A program made the position numbers and the translations under genes. Shown here one piece after another: positions 19,013-30,298 of a stretch of 64,000 nt of DNA. The notes under the pieces are model-generated. The model did no database searches, was not told the DNA's origin, and worked only from the letters and a program-made list of their open reading frames with translations. Source of the DNA: Candidatus Levyibacteriota bacterium (GTDB taxonomy: Bacteria > Patescibacteriota > Microgenomatia > Levybacterales > UBA12049); contig PJMG01000022.1 in NCBI GenBank assembly GCA_003173895.1, positions 3,454 to 67,453 on the forward strand. The letters are read 5' to 3'. Each line of letters begins with the position of its first letter. Position 1 is the stretch's first letter.

Positions 19013-19707
19013 GTATTATTTGATATTAATCCTACCTTCTCAGCGAATTTAATTAACTCTTCTCTTGCTTGAGCTAATCCTCCCGCAACTATCTCATCAT
19101 GTACTTGCTCAATGTCAGGCAAATGAAGCTCAATACCACTTTGCGCAATACGCACAACATATTTGTCTGTTGCTGGCACTGATGGTTTTGGCATTTGATT
19201 ATTCACTTTTTTAAGAGCATGGGAACTCAAAGTTAAAGAGATTTTTTTATTGGTATTAATATTTAATTTTTTAATATCAGGATTCAATTTAATATCTGCT
19301 TGCTCACATAACCATATAAAAGCACTAATAGCTGGCTCTGCAACTCTACGACTTAGTCCATATTCTGCTAAAAATTCATTATATAGATTTTCTTTAGAAA
19401 GAAGTTTTATATCAGTGACTCTATTAAATATTTTTTTATAAGAAGATTTTATTAAGTTTTGTAATTTTATTTTTTTATCTTCACCTTTTAAGGAAAATAT
19501 TTTAATATTTTCCGTTGCGTTCCCCTTATAATCAATGATTTGCAAAAACTTGAGACTACTAATAGCAATTCCTGCGCTAAAATCTGAAAATTCTCTATTG
19601 AGCAAATCTAACTTTGATATTGAAGTGAAACTTAATGAACTTAATAAATCAAATAGATCATCAAACTTATTTATTGATAAATATGGAGGTAATATTTGTT
19701 CTTGCAT
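19003..19707 (-). CDS. Hypothetical protein
   Basis: 234-aa ORF wedged between rpsG and fusA. No recognisable motifs. The C-terminal third is GC-richer, and the stop lies inside the tRNA-like element. Confidence 0.5.
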   Translation of the reverse strand: MQEQILPPYLSINKFDDLFDLLSSLSFTSISKLDLLNREFSDFSAGIAISSLKFLQIIDYKGNATENIKIFSLKGEDKKIKLQNLIKSSYKKIFNRVTDIKLLSKENLYNEFLAEYGLSRRVAEPAISAFIWLCEQADIKLNPDIKKLNINTNKKISLTLSSHALKKVNNQMPKPSVPATDKYVVRIAQSGIELHLPDIEQVHDEIVAGGLAQAREELIKFAEKVGLISNNTAR

Positions 19708-19779
19708 AAATTAAATATAATTCCGCAAGGCATTAAATGTCAAGACATCAAAATTGAGGTCTACCATTGAGGTTGATCT

Positions 19780-20253
19780 TTAGAATCTAAAGTGAGCGAA
19801 GGCACGGTTGGCATCTGCTTGTTTAAGAGTATTGTTGCGTTTGGTAATAGCTGCGCCTTTTTCATCAAGTGCATCTAAAAATTCTGCAACTAATTTTAAA
19901 TCAAATGAATGATAATCACGGTTTGGTCGGGATGTAGCTGCTTCTACTATCCATCTGATAGCTAAAGTTTTTTGACGTTCAGGTTTTACTTCCACTGGTA
20001 CTTGATAATTAGCTCCACCGATTCTTTTAGCACGAATCTCTACTTTAGGACCAACTGTAGTTAAAACTTTTTCATAAGTAGCTATTGGATCTAAACCTTT
20101 TGCTTTTAGGCCATCTAAAGTAGCATAGACTAATTTTTCTGCTACTGATTTTTTACCATCTTTCATAATTCTATTTATAAGTTTGGTAACTAAAACATTA
20201 TTATATATTTTATCTGGCTGTGTAGGTCTTTTTACTACTTTTTTATGACGCAT
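19780..20253 (-). CDS. rpsG: 30S ribosomal protein S7
   Basis: 157 aa, S7 family (…ANRAFAHFRF C-terminus). Adjacent to rpsL. Confidence 0.92.
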   Translation of the reverse strand: MRHKKVVKRPTQPDKIYNNVLVTKLINRIMKDGKKSVAEKLVYATLDGLKAKGLDPIATYEKVLTTVGPKVEIRAKRIGGANYQVPVEVKPERQKTLAIRWIVEAATSRPNRDYHSFDLKLVAEFLDALDEKGAAITKRNNTLKQADANRAFAHFRF

Positions 20254-20258
20254 TTATC

Positions 20259-20699
20259 TTAAGCGGCTTTAGCTGCTGCTCCTCCTTTTCCACTTGGTCT
20301 TTTAGCTCCGTATTTAGAACGTGAAGTCATTCTTCCTTGAACACCTTGTAAATCGAATTTACCACGAACTATGTGATATTTAACTCCTGCTAAATCTTTT
20401 ACACGTCCACCTTTAACTAAAACAATACCATGCTCAGCTAAAGTGTGACCTATTCCTTGAATGTATGCTGTTACCTCTGTTCTATTAGAAAGTTTAACTC
20501 TAGCTACTTTTCGAAGAGCAGAATTAGGTTTTCTAGGAGTCATGGTTTTAACTAAAGTTACTACTCCTCTTTTTTGAGGTGAAGGGATAGTCTTATATAC
20601 ACGATCTTTGGCATTATAGAAACGGCGAAGACCGGTTACTCTAACCTTTGCAATTCTTCTTTTTCTACCTTTTCTAGTTAATTGTGATAATGTTGGCAT
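20259..20699 (-). CDS. rpsL: 30S ribosomal protein S12 with a short Gly/Ala/Lys C-terminal tail
   Basis: [14 protein letters not shown]..., with [10 protein letters not shown]-like ([10 protein letters not shown]) and GHTLAEHG-type motifs. About 20 extra C-terminal residues. Confidence 0.92.
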   Translation of the reverse strand: MPTLSQLTRKGRKRRIAKVRVTGLRRFYNAKDRVYKTIPSPQKRGVVTLVKTMTPRKPNSALRKVARVKLSNRTEVTAYIQGIGHTLAEHGIVLVKGGRVKDLAGVKYHIVRGKFDLQGVQGRMTSRSKYGAKRPSGKGGAAAKAA

Positions 20700-20712
20700 A
20701 AAATTTAAATAA

Positions 20713-23700
20713 TTATACGATCAAAGTTGATTTTATATCAACTGGGATAAGACGCCCGATAATAACATTTTCCTTAAGACCATTAAGTGGATCTACGCGT
20801 CCCTCAAGTGCAGCTTCAGAAATAACTCTGGTAGTTTCTTGGAATGAAGCAGCAGAAAGCCATGAATCTGAGAATAATGCACCTTTAGTAATACCTAATA
20901 ATACTTGGCGACCTGTAGCAGGTTCTCCGCCTTGAGAGATAGTTTCAGCATTACTCGTTTCAAACCTATTCTTAGTGACTAAATCTCCGGGTACGAATGA
21001 AGTATCTCCTACAGTTTCTACTACTATCTTATCAGACATGCGTCTAATAATTACTTCAAAGTGTTTATCATTAATAGCGATTCCTTGAGATTCATAAACT
21101 TTTTGAACTTCAGATAGAATATACTTTTGAGTTGCTTCTACTCCTCGAATCTTTAAGATTTCTTTTGGATCTAAATATCCTTTAGCAAAAGGTGTACCAA
21201 TTACGATATCATCTCCATCTTTTACGGCTAATTCTAGAGCCAATGGAACGAAATATTCTTCAACTTCAATAGGATCTACTTTAGTATTTTTAACAGTAAT
21301 CTTATATCCATCTTCTACTTGTTCTATTTTTACTTTACCTGTGATTTGAGAAATTGGTGAGAGATTTTTAGGTGTCCTCATTTCAAATAATTCTTCTACA
21401 CGAGGTAAACCTTGGGTCACGTCACTCATAACAACTCCTCCGAAATGTCGAACACGCATGGTTAATTGAGTTCCAGGCTCTCCAATAGATTGTGCTGCCA
21501 TAACACCTACTGGAGTACCCAAATCAACTATTTTTTTAATTGAGAAATCCCAACCATAACATTTAGCACAAACGCCTTCAGATAGCTTACAAGTAAAGGC
21601 TGACCTTACTTTTAGTCCATTTACCTCAACAGCTACTGCTTTAGCCATTTCTGGTGTAATAAGTTCGTTTACATCCACTAAAACTTTTTTACTTTCCTTA
21701 GAGGTGACCTTTTGGAATGAAACACGACCTAAGATTCTATCTGCGAAAGGTGTAGTTCTCTCTGCTTCATCTTTAATAACTATGAATTCTTCGCCACCGC
21801 AATCTTCTTTCTTAACTAAAACATCATGAGAAACATCTACTAATCTTCTCGTTAAATAACCTGCATTAGCTGTCTTAAGAGCTGAGTCAGTTAAACCTTT
21901 TCTGGAACCACGAGCTGATGCAACGTATTCAAAGATAGATAAACCTTCACGGAAATTAGATTTAATAGGTAATTCTACAATTTTACCTAAAGGATCTAAG
22001 ATAAGACCTCTCATAGCTGATAATTGTTTTAATTGTTCTTTTCCAGCACGTGCTCCTTCTGAATCGATGATAAAGCGAGTAATATTAGCAGAATCTAAAT
22101 TATTCCAGGTTTTATCAGCCATAGCATCTGTGGTCTCTAGCCAAACGTTATTACTAAGTCTCTTTTTCTCATCAAGTGTAATTAAACCTTTTTGATAATC
22201 ATTTTCAATCTTACTTACTTTTTTCTCTGCTTCTGCTATCATTTTATCTTTATCAGAAATCATGACATTATCAAAAACTGAAACAGACACACCTGAAAGT
22301 GTAGCAGCGTGGAAACCAAGAGATTTAATATTATCGATCAAATCAGCCACTTCTGTAGACGAATATGTTGATAGTGCGGCAGTAATAATTTTTTTAATAT
22401 CAGAAGCTTTAATAGGTGAATTAACAAATTTCATGCCTTGAAGTAAAGCTTCATTAAACATTAAACGACCTACTGTAGTTTCTACTAATTCTTTATTTAT
22501 TTTTACCTGAATTTTCTCTCTTAATTTTATATGTTTTAGATCATAAGCTAAGAAAGCCTCATTGGCACTTTCAAAAACAGATAATGTTTCTTTTTCTGGA
22601 GTATTATCCACTGTAGTTAAGAAATAAATTCCTAAAGCCATTTCTTTATTAGGAAGCGTAATAGGACTTCCATCTGCTGGCTTTAAGAGATTATTGTTAG
22701 GCATCATTAAATTTATAGCTTCTTCCTGAGCATTTTGAGAAAGTGGTACATGAACAGCCATTTGGTCACCATCAAAGTCAGCATTAAATCCACTACAAAC
22801 ACAGGGATGTAAACTAATAGCAGCACCTTCTATAAGTCTAGGATAGAAAGCTTGAATACTTAATTTATGTAGAGTAGGAGCACGATTTAATAATACTGGA
22901 TGATTTTTAGTTATTTCCTCTAAAATATCAAAAACTTCTGGTGGTCTTTTTTCTATAAAGCGCTTTGCTGATTTAATATTAGGAGCAAAACCACGAACTA
23001 TTACTTCTCGTAGAACAAAAGGCTTAAACATTTCTAAAGCCATTTCTTTAGGAATCCCACATTCATTAAGTTTAAGATCTGGTCCGACTACGATAACTGA
23101 ACGTCCAGAATAATCTACGCGTTTTCCAAGTAGGTTTTGTCTAAATCGTCCCTGTTTACCACGAAGCATATCAGAAAGTGATCTTAAAGGTGAAGCTAGA
23201 GTTTGACCTGGTCTTTGAGATACATCAATTAAAGCATCTACTGATTCTTGAAGCATTCTTTTTTCATTTCTTAAAATAATTTCTGGAGCACCTAATAACA
23301 TAAGATGTTTTAGACGATTATTACGATTAATTACACGTCTGTATAAATCATTTAAGTCACTGGTAGCAAAACGGCCACCTACTAATTGAACCATAGGTCT
23401 AAGATCTGGTGGTATAACTGGTAATGCTTCCATAATCATAGCTATAGGATTTACTCCAGCTTTCTTCATAGCTTCTAGAAGTCTAAGTCTTTTAATAACT
23501 TTTAGATATTTTTGAGATGTAGATTTTTCTTTTTGAAGCTCTGATCTTAATTCTGCGATTAAATCATCAAAATTAGTATTTTTAAGAAGATCCAGTACTG
23601 CTTCAGCACCTGTTTTAAATTTAAAGAATACTGGGATATCATATTCTAAAATTTTAAAGTATTCATCTTCTGAAAGAACACTGGAAATCTTAAGATTCTT

Positions 23701-24441
23701 AAGGATATTTACTAATGCTTGGGAAATTTCATCAATTTTTTTAGCCTCATCATCAAATCTTTGATTTAATCTATTTACTTTTTGTTTTAAAGCCAAATTT
23801 AATTCTTCGGTAATTAATTTTTCTTGCTCTGCTTTACCTGATTTTGATTTAGCTTCTTTAATTTTATCCTCAGTCTCCTTTTTAAGAGTCTCTTCTTCTC
23901 TTGTTTTATTTTTCTTTAAGTCTTCTTTTCTTTTTTCAATAATTTCTGAAAGTTTATCTAATGCTTCTTTTTTCTTATCTTCATCAATAGAAGTTACTAA
24001 GTATGAAGCATAATAAATAATGGATTCTAGATTTTTTTGAGTTATATCCAGAAGAGTGGCTAAGAATGAAGACGTACCTTTGAAAAACCAAACGTGAGCT
24101 ACAGGTGCTGCTAAGTTAATATGACCCATTCTTTCACGTCTTACTTTAGAAAGTGTAACTTCTACTCCACATTTATCACAAATAATGCCTTTATATCTAA
24201 TTCTTTTATATTTACCACAATAACATTCCCAATCTTTACTTGGGCCGAAGATTCTCTCATCAAAGAGACCATCTTTTTCTGCTCTTAAAGTTCTATAATT
24301 AATAGTCTCAGGTTTGGTTATTTCACCAAATGACCAATCTAAGATATCTTGCTTATCAGCCAATAAAATCTGAAGAGCACTAAAGTCTGTAAATCTAATT
24401 GTTTTATTTTTTCTATCTATTTGGTTTTTTAAATCTGCCAT
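20713..24441 (-). CDS. rpoC: DNA-directed RNA polymerase subunit beta'
   Basis: 1242 aa. Zn-binding [23 protein letters not shown] and [14 protein letters not shown] catalytic motif. Confidence 0.97.
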   Translation of the reverse strand: MADLKNQIDRKNKTIRFTDFSALQILLADKQDILDWSFGEITKPETINYRTLRAEKDGLFDERIFGPSKDWECYCGKYKRIRYKGIICDKCGVEVTLSKVRRERMGHINLAAPVAHVWFFKGTSSFLATLLDITQKNLESIIYYASYLVTSIDEDKKKEALDKLSEIIEKRKEDLKKNKTREEETLKKETEDKIKEAKSKSGKAEQEKLITEELNLALKQKVNRLNQRFDDEAKKIDEISQALVNILKNLKISSVLSEDEYFKILEYDIPVFFKFKTGAEAVLDLLKNTNFDDLIAELRSELQKEKSTSQKYLKVIKRLRLLEAMKKAGVNPIAMIMEALPVIPPDLRPMVQLVGGRFATSDLNDLYRRVINRNNRLKHLMLLGAPEIILRNEKRMLQESVDALIDVSQRPGQTLASPLRSLSDMLRGKQGRFRQNLLGKRVDYSGRSVIVVGPDLKLNECGIPKEMALEMFKPFVLREVIVRGFAPNIKSAKRFIEKRPPEVFDILEEITKNHPVLLNRAPTLHKLSIQAFYPRLIEGAAISLHPCVCSGFNADFDGDQMAVHVPLSQNAQEEAINLMMPNNNLLKPADGSPITLPNKEMALGIYFLTTVDNTPEKETLSVFESANEAFLAYDLKHIKLREKIQVKINKELVETTVGRLMFNEALLQGMKFVNSPIKASDIKKIITAALSTYSSTEVADLIDNIKSLGFHAATLSGVSVSVFDNVMISDKDKMIAEAEKKVSKIENDYQKGLITLDEKKRLSNNVWLETTDAMADKTWNNLDSANITRFIIDSEGARAGKEQLKQLSAMRGLILDPLGKIVELPIKSNFREGLSIFEYVASARGSRKGLTDSALKTANAGYLTRRLVDVSHDVLVKKEDCGGEEFIVIKDEAERTTPFADRILGRVSFQKVTSKESKKVLVDVNELITPEMAKAVAVEVNGLKVRSAFTCKLSEGVCAKCYGWDFSIKKIVDLGTPVGVMAAQSIGEPGTQLTMRVRHFGGVVMSDVTQGLPRVEELFEMRTPKNLSPISQITGKVKIEQVEDGYKITVKNTKVDPIEVEEYFVPLALELAVKDGDDIVIGTPFAKGYLDPKEILKIRGVEATQKYILSEVQKVYESQGIAINDKHFEVIIRRMSDKIVVETVGDTSFVPGDLVTKNRFETSNAETISQGGEPATGRQVLLGITKGALFSDSWLSAASFQETTRVISEAALEGRVDPLNGLKENVIIGRLIPVDIKSTLIV

Positions 24442-24442
24442 A

Positions 24443-27400
24443 TTATAATTCTACTGCCTCCAAATCAGCATCTGTTGGATTCTCTATTTTATCATTTTCA
24501 CCCGGCTTTTGGTCAACTACTTCTTCGCCACCTAATTCTTTTTCTAATTCTTTAGCTTCTTTTTCTGTCTTTTCTTCCTGCGCATCATCTGTAGATGTAC
24601 TGGTAGCAGATGCAGCTGGAGTAGAAGGTGCTGCTGATGTATCATCAGCTACGATGGATGCACCGATTGGTTTAACGTTAATAGCTAAAGCTTCTAGTTC
24701 ACGAATTAAAACGTTAAATGATTCTGGAACTGTAGGCGTTGGAATATCTGTACCTTTAACCATAGCTTCGAAAGCTTTAGAACGACCTATAACATCATCA
24801 GACTTGATAGTTAACATTTCTTGAAGAGTATATTTAGCACGATGTGCTTCAAGTGCCCAAACTTCCATTTCTCCAAGTCTTTGTCCTCCCATTTGTGCTT
24901 TTCCACCGAGAGGTTGTTGAGTAACTAATGAGTATGGACCAGTTGATCTAGCATGGGTTTTATCTTCAACCATGTGAATAAGTTTCATAATATATTCAAT
25001 TCCAACTACTACAGGATTTTCAAAAGGTTCGCCTGTTCGTCCATCATAAATAGTCATTTTACCATTTACTGGTAAACCTGCTGCTTTAAGAAGTTCGGTT
25101 ATTTTATCTTCTTTTATATTTTCAAAAACAGGTACAGCAATTTTTTGTCCCATTTTTCTAGCAGCTAAACCTAAATGAGCTTCTAAAATTTGTCCTAAGT
25201 TCATACGAGCCAACACTGAAATAGGTTGAATAATAATATCCACTGGTGTTCCATCTTCTAGATAAGGCATATCAGCTTCAGGCAAAATTCTAGAAATAAC
25301 ACCTTTATTTCCATGACGTCCAGCTAATTTATCTCCTACTACTACATGTCTGAATTGAGCTACTTCGACTATAATCTTTTTAATAGTTCCAGGTTCTAGT
25401 TCATCACCTTTTTTACGATCTAAGGTATAAACATTAACTACTGTACCACGCTCACCATGAGGCATTCTTAAACTGGTATCACGAACTTCACGAGCTTGTT
25501 CACCAAAAATAGCTCTAAGTAATCTTTCTTCTGCTGTTAATTCTGTTTCACCTTTTGGAGCGATTTTACCAACTAAAATAGCTCCTGGTTCTACTTCAGA
25601 TCCTACAGTTATAATACCTGTTTCATCTAGATTTCTTAAATCATCTTCTCCGACATTAGGAATATCAGCTGTGGTTAATTCTGGTCCTAATTTAGTTTCT
25701 ACAACTGTAGTTTCATATTTTTCAATATGAATACTGGAGAGTGCATCTTCTTTAACTAATTTATCAGAGATAACAATAGCATCTTCGTAACCTAAACCTT
25801 CAAATGAAGTATAGGCAATAACTAAATTTCTACCCAATGCTAATTCTCCATCTTCGCTAGCTGGTCCATCAATTAAAATATCTCCTTTTTTAACTTTTTG
25901 GTCTTTTACAACCTTAACAGTTTGAGAATAACATGTAGCGTCCGATGTTCTCTCAAAAGATGCTACAAAATAAGTTTTCTTTTCGTTTTTACCTTCAATA
26001 GTTACTGATTTAGCATCAACTTTAGAAATGATTCCATCAAATGGAGCTTTAATAACTCTACCCATAATTTGAGCTATAGCACCTTCCATACCTGTTCCGA
26101 CTATTGGACTTTCTGGTTTAACTAAAGGAACTGCTTGACATTGCATGTGAGTACCCATTAAAGCTCTTTGAGCATCATCATTAGCTAAGAATGGAATAAG
26201 TGAAGCAGCAGATCCTACTACTTGTTGAGGAGCTAAGTCAATATATTCTATATTAGAACTTTCTGTTTCTAAAAATTCTCCTTTATAACGAGCAGGAATA
26301 CGAACTGCATCAATAGTATCATCTTCTGATAAAACTCCTGCGTGAGTTATATAATGTTTTTGCTCATCTTCCGCATCCAGATAAACTATTTCATCTGAAG
26401 CTTTCATTTTACTTCCTGCTTTAACGACCTTTTTATATGGAGTTTCTAGGAAACCATAGTCATTAACTCGTGCATATAGACTGAGATAATTAACTAAACC
26501 AATATTTGGACCTTCAGGAGAACGAACAGGACAAAGTCTTCCATATTGAGAAGCGTTAATATCACGAATTGAGAAAGCAGCTCTTTCACGATTAATTCCA
26601 CCGCTACCCATAACTGTCACACGGTTTAAGTTATCAATCTCTGCTAAAGGATTTTTCTGATCAAGTAAAGTAGAGAGCTGTGAAGTTCTAAAGAATTCAT
26701 TAATAGCAGCCATAATAGGTCTAGCATTAATAAGACTTCCTACTGAAGCTGGTTCTTCAATTTGAAGCAAACTCATTCTTTCTTTAATACTTCTCTCAAG
26801 TCTTAAAACTCCTACTCTAAAAGCAGTAGTAGCTACTAATTCTCCTACACTTCTGAGTCTTCGATTAGCTAAACTATCAATATCATCTACTATACCTTCA
26901 CCTTTAGAAAGCTCTATAAGATAAGCAATCGTTCCTAATACATCATCTACTGTAAGAACTCTTACATCTGATGCCCTAAAATTAGGCATTTCTTTAAGTT
27001 TTTTATTAACTTTATAACGACCTACTTCACCTAAATCATAGCGTCTATTGTTGAAAAAAAGTCCGTGAATACTTTCACGAACTTTATCAAGCACTACAGG
27101 TTCTCCTGGGTGGAGCTTCTTAAAGATCTCAATGAGCGCTTCTGTTTCTGATGTAGTAGTATCTTTGGTTAAAGTACTACCTATAAAATCATTTACATCT
27201 TTTAAAGCTGTAAATTTTTCTACTATTTCTGCATTTGAAGAAAGACCAATAGCTCTTAAAAAGGTAGTAACTGGAAATTTTCTGCGTCTATCTATTTTTA
27301 CATTTATAGTTCCTTGTCTAGTGGTCGAGAACTCTAGCCATGAACCATGAGAAGGTCTGATTTCTGCGTTAAAAATTTGTTTTCCTGTAATAGGATCTAT

Positions 27401-27844
27401 AGTAGAAGTAAAAAATACGCCCGGTGAACGGACGAGCTGGTTAACTATAGCACGCTCAACACCATTAATAATAAAAGTCCCTCGATCGGTCATTTGAGGA
27501 ATATCGCCTAAGAAAATCTCTTGTTTTTGTGGTTTACCACCAAGCTTTTTATTAAAAAGTGAAACTTCAGCATATAAAGGTGCGTCATAACTGACGCCTT
27601 TTTCTACTGATTCTGCTGGTGTTTTAGCTGGTTTTCCAATTCTATAACTATCAAAAGTTAAACTCCAATTTTTTTCTGTAAAATCATTAACTGGTGATAT
27701 TTCTTTTAATATTTCTCCGATAGCACGGTCTAAAAAGTATTTATATGAAGTTTTTTGGATTTGGAGGAGATTTAGTTCAGGCAGAAAATCTCTTTTTCTT
27801 CCCCAGTTTTGTCTTTCAATTTTAGTATCAATTTTTTTAGGCAT
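24443..27844 (-). CDS. rpoB: DNA-directed RNA polymerase subunit beta, with a Ser/Thr/Ala- then Glu/Lys-rich C-terminal extension
   Basis: 1133 aa, canonical beta motifs. The ~80-aa low-complexity tail reads ...AAPSTPAASATSTSTDDAQEEKTEKEAKELEKE... Confidence 0.97.
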   Translation of the reverse strand: MPKKIDTKIERQNWGRKRDFLPELNLLQIQKTSYKYFLDRAIGEILKEISPVNDFTEKNWSLTFDSYRIGKPAKTPAESVEKGVSYDAPLYAEVSLFNKKLGGKPQKQEIFLGDIPQMTDRGTFIINGVERAIVNQLVRSPGVFFTSTIDPITGKQIFNAEIRPSHGSWLEFSTTRQGTINVKIDRRRKFPVTTFLRAIGLSSNAEIVEKFTALKDVNDFIGSTLTKDTTTSETEALIEIFKKLHPGEPVVLDKVRESIHGLFFNNRRYDLGEVGRYKVNKKLKEMPNFRASDVRVLTVDDVLGTIAYLIELSKGEGIVDDIDSLANRRLRSVGELVATTAFRVGVLRLERSIKERMSLLQIEEPASVGSLINARPIMAAINEFFRTSQLSTLLDQKNPLAEIDNLNRVTVMGSGGINRERAAFSIRDINASQYGRLCPVRSPEGPNIGLVNYLSLYARVNDYGFLETPYKKVVKAGSKMKASDEIVYLDAEDEQKHYITHAGVLSEDDTIDAVRIPARYKGEFLETESSNIEYIDLAPQQVVGSAASLIPFLANDDAQRALMGTHMQCQAVPLVKPESPIVGTGMEGAIAQIMGRVIKAPFDGIISKVDAKSVTIEGKNEKKTYFVASFERTSDATCYSQTVKVVKDQKVKKGDILIDGPASEDGELALGRNLVIAYTSFEGLGYEDAIVISDKLVKEDALSSIHIEKYETTVVETKLGPELTTADIPNVGEDDLRNLDETGIITVGSEVEPGAILVGKIAPKGETELTAEERLLRAIFGEQAREVRDTSLRMPHGERGTVVNVYTLDRKKGDELEPGTIKKIIVEVAQFRHVVVGDKLAGRHGNKGVISRILPEADMPYLEDGTPVDIIIQPISVLARMNLGQILEAHLGLAARKMGQKIAVPVFENIKEDKITELLKAAGLPVNGKMTIYDGRTGEPFENPVVVGIEYIMKLIHMVEDKTHARSTGPYSLVTQQPLGGKAQMGGQRLGEMEVWALEAHRAKYTLQEMLTIKSDDVIGRSKAFEAMVKGTDIPTPTVPESFNVLIRELEALAINVKPIGASIVADDTSAAPSTPAASATSTSTDDAQEEKTEKEAKELEKELGGEEVVDQKPGENDKIENPTDADLEAVEL

Positions 27845-27884
27845 CAGCGTTATAAGATGTTGGGCAAATTTAACAAAAAAGAAC

Positions 27885-27914
27885 AGAGAGCATAGCGCTC
27901 TCTATCGCTTTTTT
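27885..27914. promoter_or_regulatory. Hairpin with flanking T/A runs in the rpoB 5' leader. Works as a terminator/attenuator-like structure on either strand.
   Basis: AGAGAGC-ATAGC-GCTCTCT is a 7-bp stem. It is followed by ATCGCTTTTTT on the plus strand and GTTCTTTTTTG on the minus strand. It lies 40 nt upstream of the rpoB ATG. Confidence 0.45.
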
Positions 27915-28067
27915 ATAAGGTAATGATATTTATACACTATAAGATTAAATTCGTCAACAGGTAAATTAAACAAAAAATACAGTCGATAAATTATCATAAA
28001 TCCTACAAATCTCATATTATGACTTAATACTAGTCTTACATAGGATAAGTAAAGTTAACGCAACTAT

Positions 28068-28319
28068 ATGAGTAATATAGAAGCTAATACAATATCCTTT
28101 TCAATTAGTAGAGATGCAACTTCTCGGGGTAGTTCTATGATACCATTAAAAACTATCTCTTTTGAAACTAGCGAAGAGAAAAAAAGAAGAGAAAATGAGG
28201 AATTTCTAAAAGATTTGGATAAGAGAGATTTAGAAAAAGCATTGAAAGAAATTAGAGAAAAAGCAGGAGAAATAGCTGATCAGATTTTAGGAGAAAAGAA
28301 GGATGAAAAAAAGAAATAA
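28068..28319 (+). CDS. Hypothetical small protein with a Lys/Glu-rich C-terminus
   Basis: 83-aa ORF in the 490-bp gap between rpoB and the glycosyltransferase genes. No homology signal, so it may be non-coding. Confidence 0.3.
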   Translation: MSNIEANTISFSISRDATSRGSSMIPLKTISFETSEEKKRRENEEFLKDLDKRDLEKALKEIREKAGEIADQILGEKKDEKKK

Positions 28320-28334
28320 AAATTAAAATCCAGA

Positions 28335-29282
28335 TTATAAATTTACTCTACTAATAATTCCACAACTCATTCCACTTATTACCATAATATCTGAAATTAT
28401 TTGAAGTAAGGGTAAATAAAAAAATGCTGCCCAATTTTTAACATATTTATAATTTTTAAAAATAGACCAGATTAAATAAAATATAAAACCAATTATTAAT
28501 ATTACGATTATACTATTCCATCTAAATTGAAGTGCAATTATTAATAATATAATTCCAATTAAATATCTTAAAAATAAAAAGGGCGTAGTAGATCTAAAAT
28601 ATAATCCTCTACCATCACCGTATGCATAAGAAAAAAATTGTTTAGCCCCTGAAAATATATCTTTTCTTTGCGGCCAATAAACTAATGCCGATTTTTTAAA
28701 ATAAAATTTGGCACCAACTTTTTTTAATTTTTTATCAAAAACTAAATCCTCACAAGTATTTAAAAATTCTGGGTAACCATTTATCTTTTCAAAAATATTT
28801 TTTTTAAATGCTATAGAACGCGATGAAGGCAAAAAATTTTCTGCATCGATTTTATCTTCCATTACAGATGTATAAGTAGCTAAACATTTTTCAAAAATAT
28901 TATGAGTTAATGGTTTATAAAAACCTGAAACCACATCAATACTTTTACTATTTTCAAATGGATAAATAATTTCTTTTAACCAATTTTTATGTAATAAACA
29001 ACCAACATCTGTAACTGCAATAATGGGAAATTTAGCATTCTTAACAGCTATGTTTCTTCCTATAGAACGATTACCTTTTTTTATAAGTAACTTACCATTT
29101 AGATTTTTATTCTTATTAAAAAATTCTTTTATTAATTCTGGAGTTTTATCTTTAGAATCTGCATCAACGATAATTATTTCATCAGGCTTTTTAGTTTGAT
29201 TTTTTATACTCTCTAAAAAGAAGTTAATATTTCCCTCCTCATTTAAAACAGTAGTTATAAGTGAAACTTTCATATTTTCCAT
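28335..29282 (-). CDS. Glycosyltransferase family 2 (GT-A fold) with C-terminal transmembrane segments
   Basis: N-terminal VSLITTVLNEE...IIIVDADSKDKT carries the DxD-type motifs. The C-terminus has hydrophobic helices (LIGIILLIIALQF..., IIVILIIGFIFYLIW). Confidence 0.75.
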   Translation of the reverse strand: MENMKVSLITTVLNEEGNINFFLESIKNQTKKPDEIIIVDADSKDKTPELIKEFFNKNKNLNGKLLIKKGNRSIGRNIAVKNAKFPIIAVTDVGCLLHKNWLKEIIYPFENSKSIDVVSGFYKPLTHNIFEKCLATYTSVMEDKIDAENFLPSSRSIAFKKNIFEKINGYPEFLNTCEDLVFDKKLKKVGAKFYFKKSALVYWPQRKDIFSGAKQFFSYAYGDGRGLYFRSTTPFLFLRYLIGIILLIIALQFRWNSIIVILIIGFIFYLIWSIFKNYKYVKNWAAFFYLPLLQIISDIMVISGMSCGIISRVNL

Positions 29283-30298
29283 AATTTTTTATAAATTTTT
29301 GCTAAATCTTCCCAAGTATTTTCTTTTACGAAATTATATTCTTTCTCAAGCATTTCATTTTTTTCTTTATTATTAAGATTTAAAAATTGATCAATTATTT
29401 TTTCTGGATTATTACCTTTAACTAAAAATTCTGAAAATGGAGTCATTTCTAAATAATCTTTTTTTAACTCATTAGTATAAACAGAAATGACTAATTTTTT
29501 AAATGAAAATGCTTCTAAAATAGATAGGTATGATGATGCAAAAATTATATCTGCATTTTTTATATAATCATCCGTGTTTTTTATAAATCCTGTAACTAAT
29601 CCATATTCTTTAAAAATATTTTTAAAACTTCCATTTCCTACAGCAGTAAATTTAAATTTTGTTTTTTTATCTTTTAGAATTTTTAATATTCCGGAATAAA
29701 TTTCTACTCCGTTATCTTTTTCTATTCTTCCAATAAAAACTATATTTAAATTATTATTAATTTTAACTTTTAATTCTTCATTTTTAACAGCCTCTACTCC
29801 TCCATAAATAGTAAAATTCGCAGGCGTCTTATACCATTTATTTATATATTCACCAATATTAATGGTACCCATGGATAAAAATTTACTTAAGCGGCGGATA
29901 AAAATAGCACTTTTTTTAGGAGGGAAAATAGTTTCATATCCATGAAAAGTAGTAAAAATCTTTTTATTTAGAAATAAAAATCTAAATGGTAAGTACCAGA
30001 AAAAAACATCATGTGCATGAATAATATCTGCATTTTTAATAAGTGAAATATTTTTAAAAAACCAAAACCAAATTTTAAATTTCTTTAATTTATCATTAGG
30101 AAAAGAAGGAATTCTATAAATTTTTATATCATTTATAAGATTATCATCCTGAACATTAGTGAAGGATCTCGTACTTTCTTCTGAAATTATTGTTATTTTA
30201 AATCCCTGGTTTTTAAGAATTTTAGAAATTTCTAAAACATGCTTTTCCACACCTCCAATTTCAGGATAAAAATGATGAGTGAGAAAGAGGATATTCAT
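29270..30298 (-). CDS. Glycosyltransferase family 4 (GT-B, 'group 1')
   Basis: MNILFLTHHFYPEIGGVEKHV... N-terminal GT4 signature. 342 aa. Confidence 0.75.
   Translation of the reverse strand: MNILFLTHHFYPEIGGVEKHVLEISKILKNQGFKITIISEESTRSFTNVQDDNLINDIKIYRIPSFPNDKLKKFKIWFWFFKNISLIKNADIIHAHDVFFWYLPFRFLFLNKKIFTTFHGYETIFPPKKSAIFIRRLSKFLSMGTINIGEYINKWYKTPANFTIYGGVEAVKNEELKVKINNNLNIVFIGRIEKDNGVEIYSGILKILKDKKTKFKFTAVGNGSFKNIFKEYGLVTGFIKNTDDYIKNADIIFASSYLSILEAFSFKKLVISVYTNELKKDYLEMTPFSEFLVKGNNPEKIIDQFLNLNNKEKNEMLEKEYNFVKENTWEDLAKIYKKLWKI

Noticed and set aside
18851-19072. 73-aa plus-strand ORF
   Set aside because: It spans a terminator hairpin and the antisense of the tRNA-like element. Its composition reflects the GC-rich RNA element rather than a coding sequence.
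24399-24824. 141-aa plus-strand ORF antisense to the rpoB/rpoC junction
   Set aside because: It overlaps canonical RNAP subunit genes. Its Ser-rich low-complexity translation is a mirror artefact.
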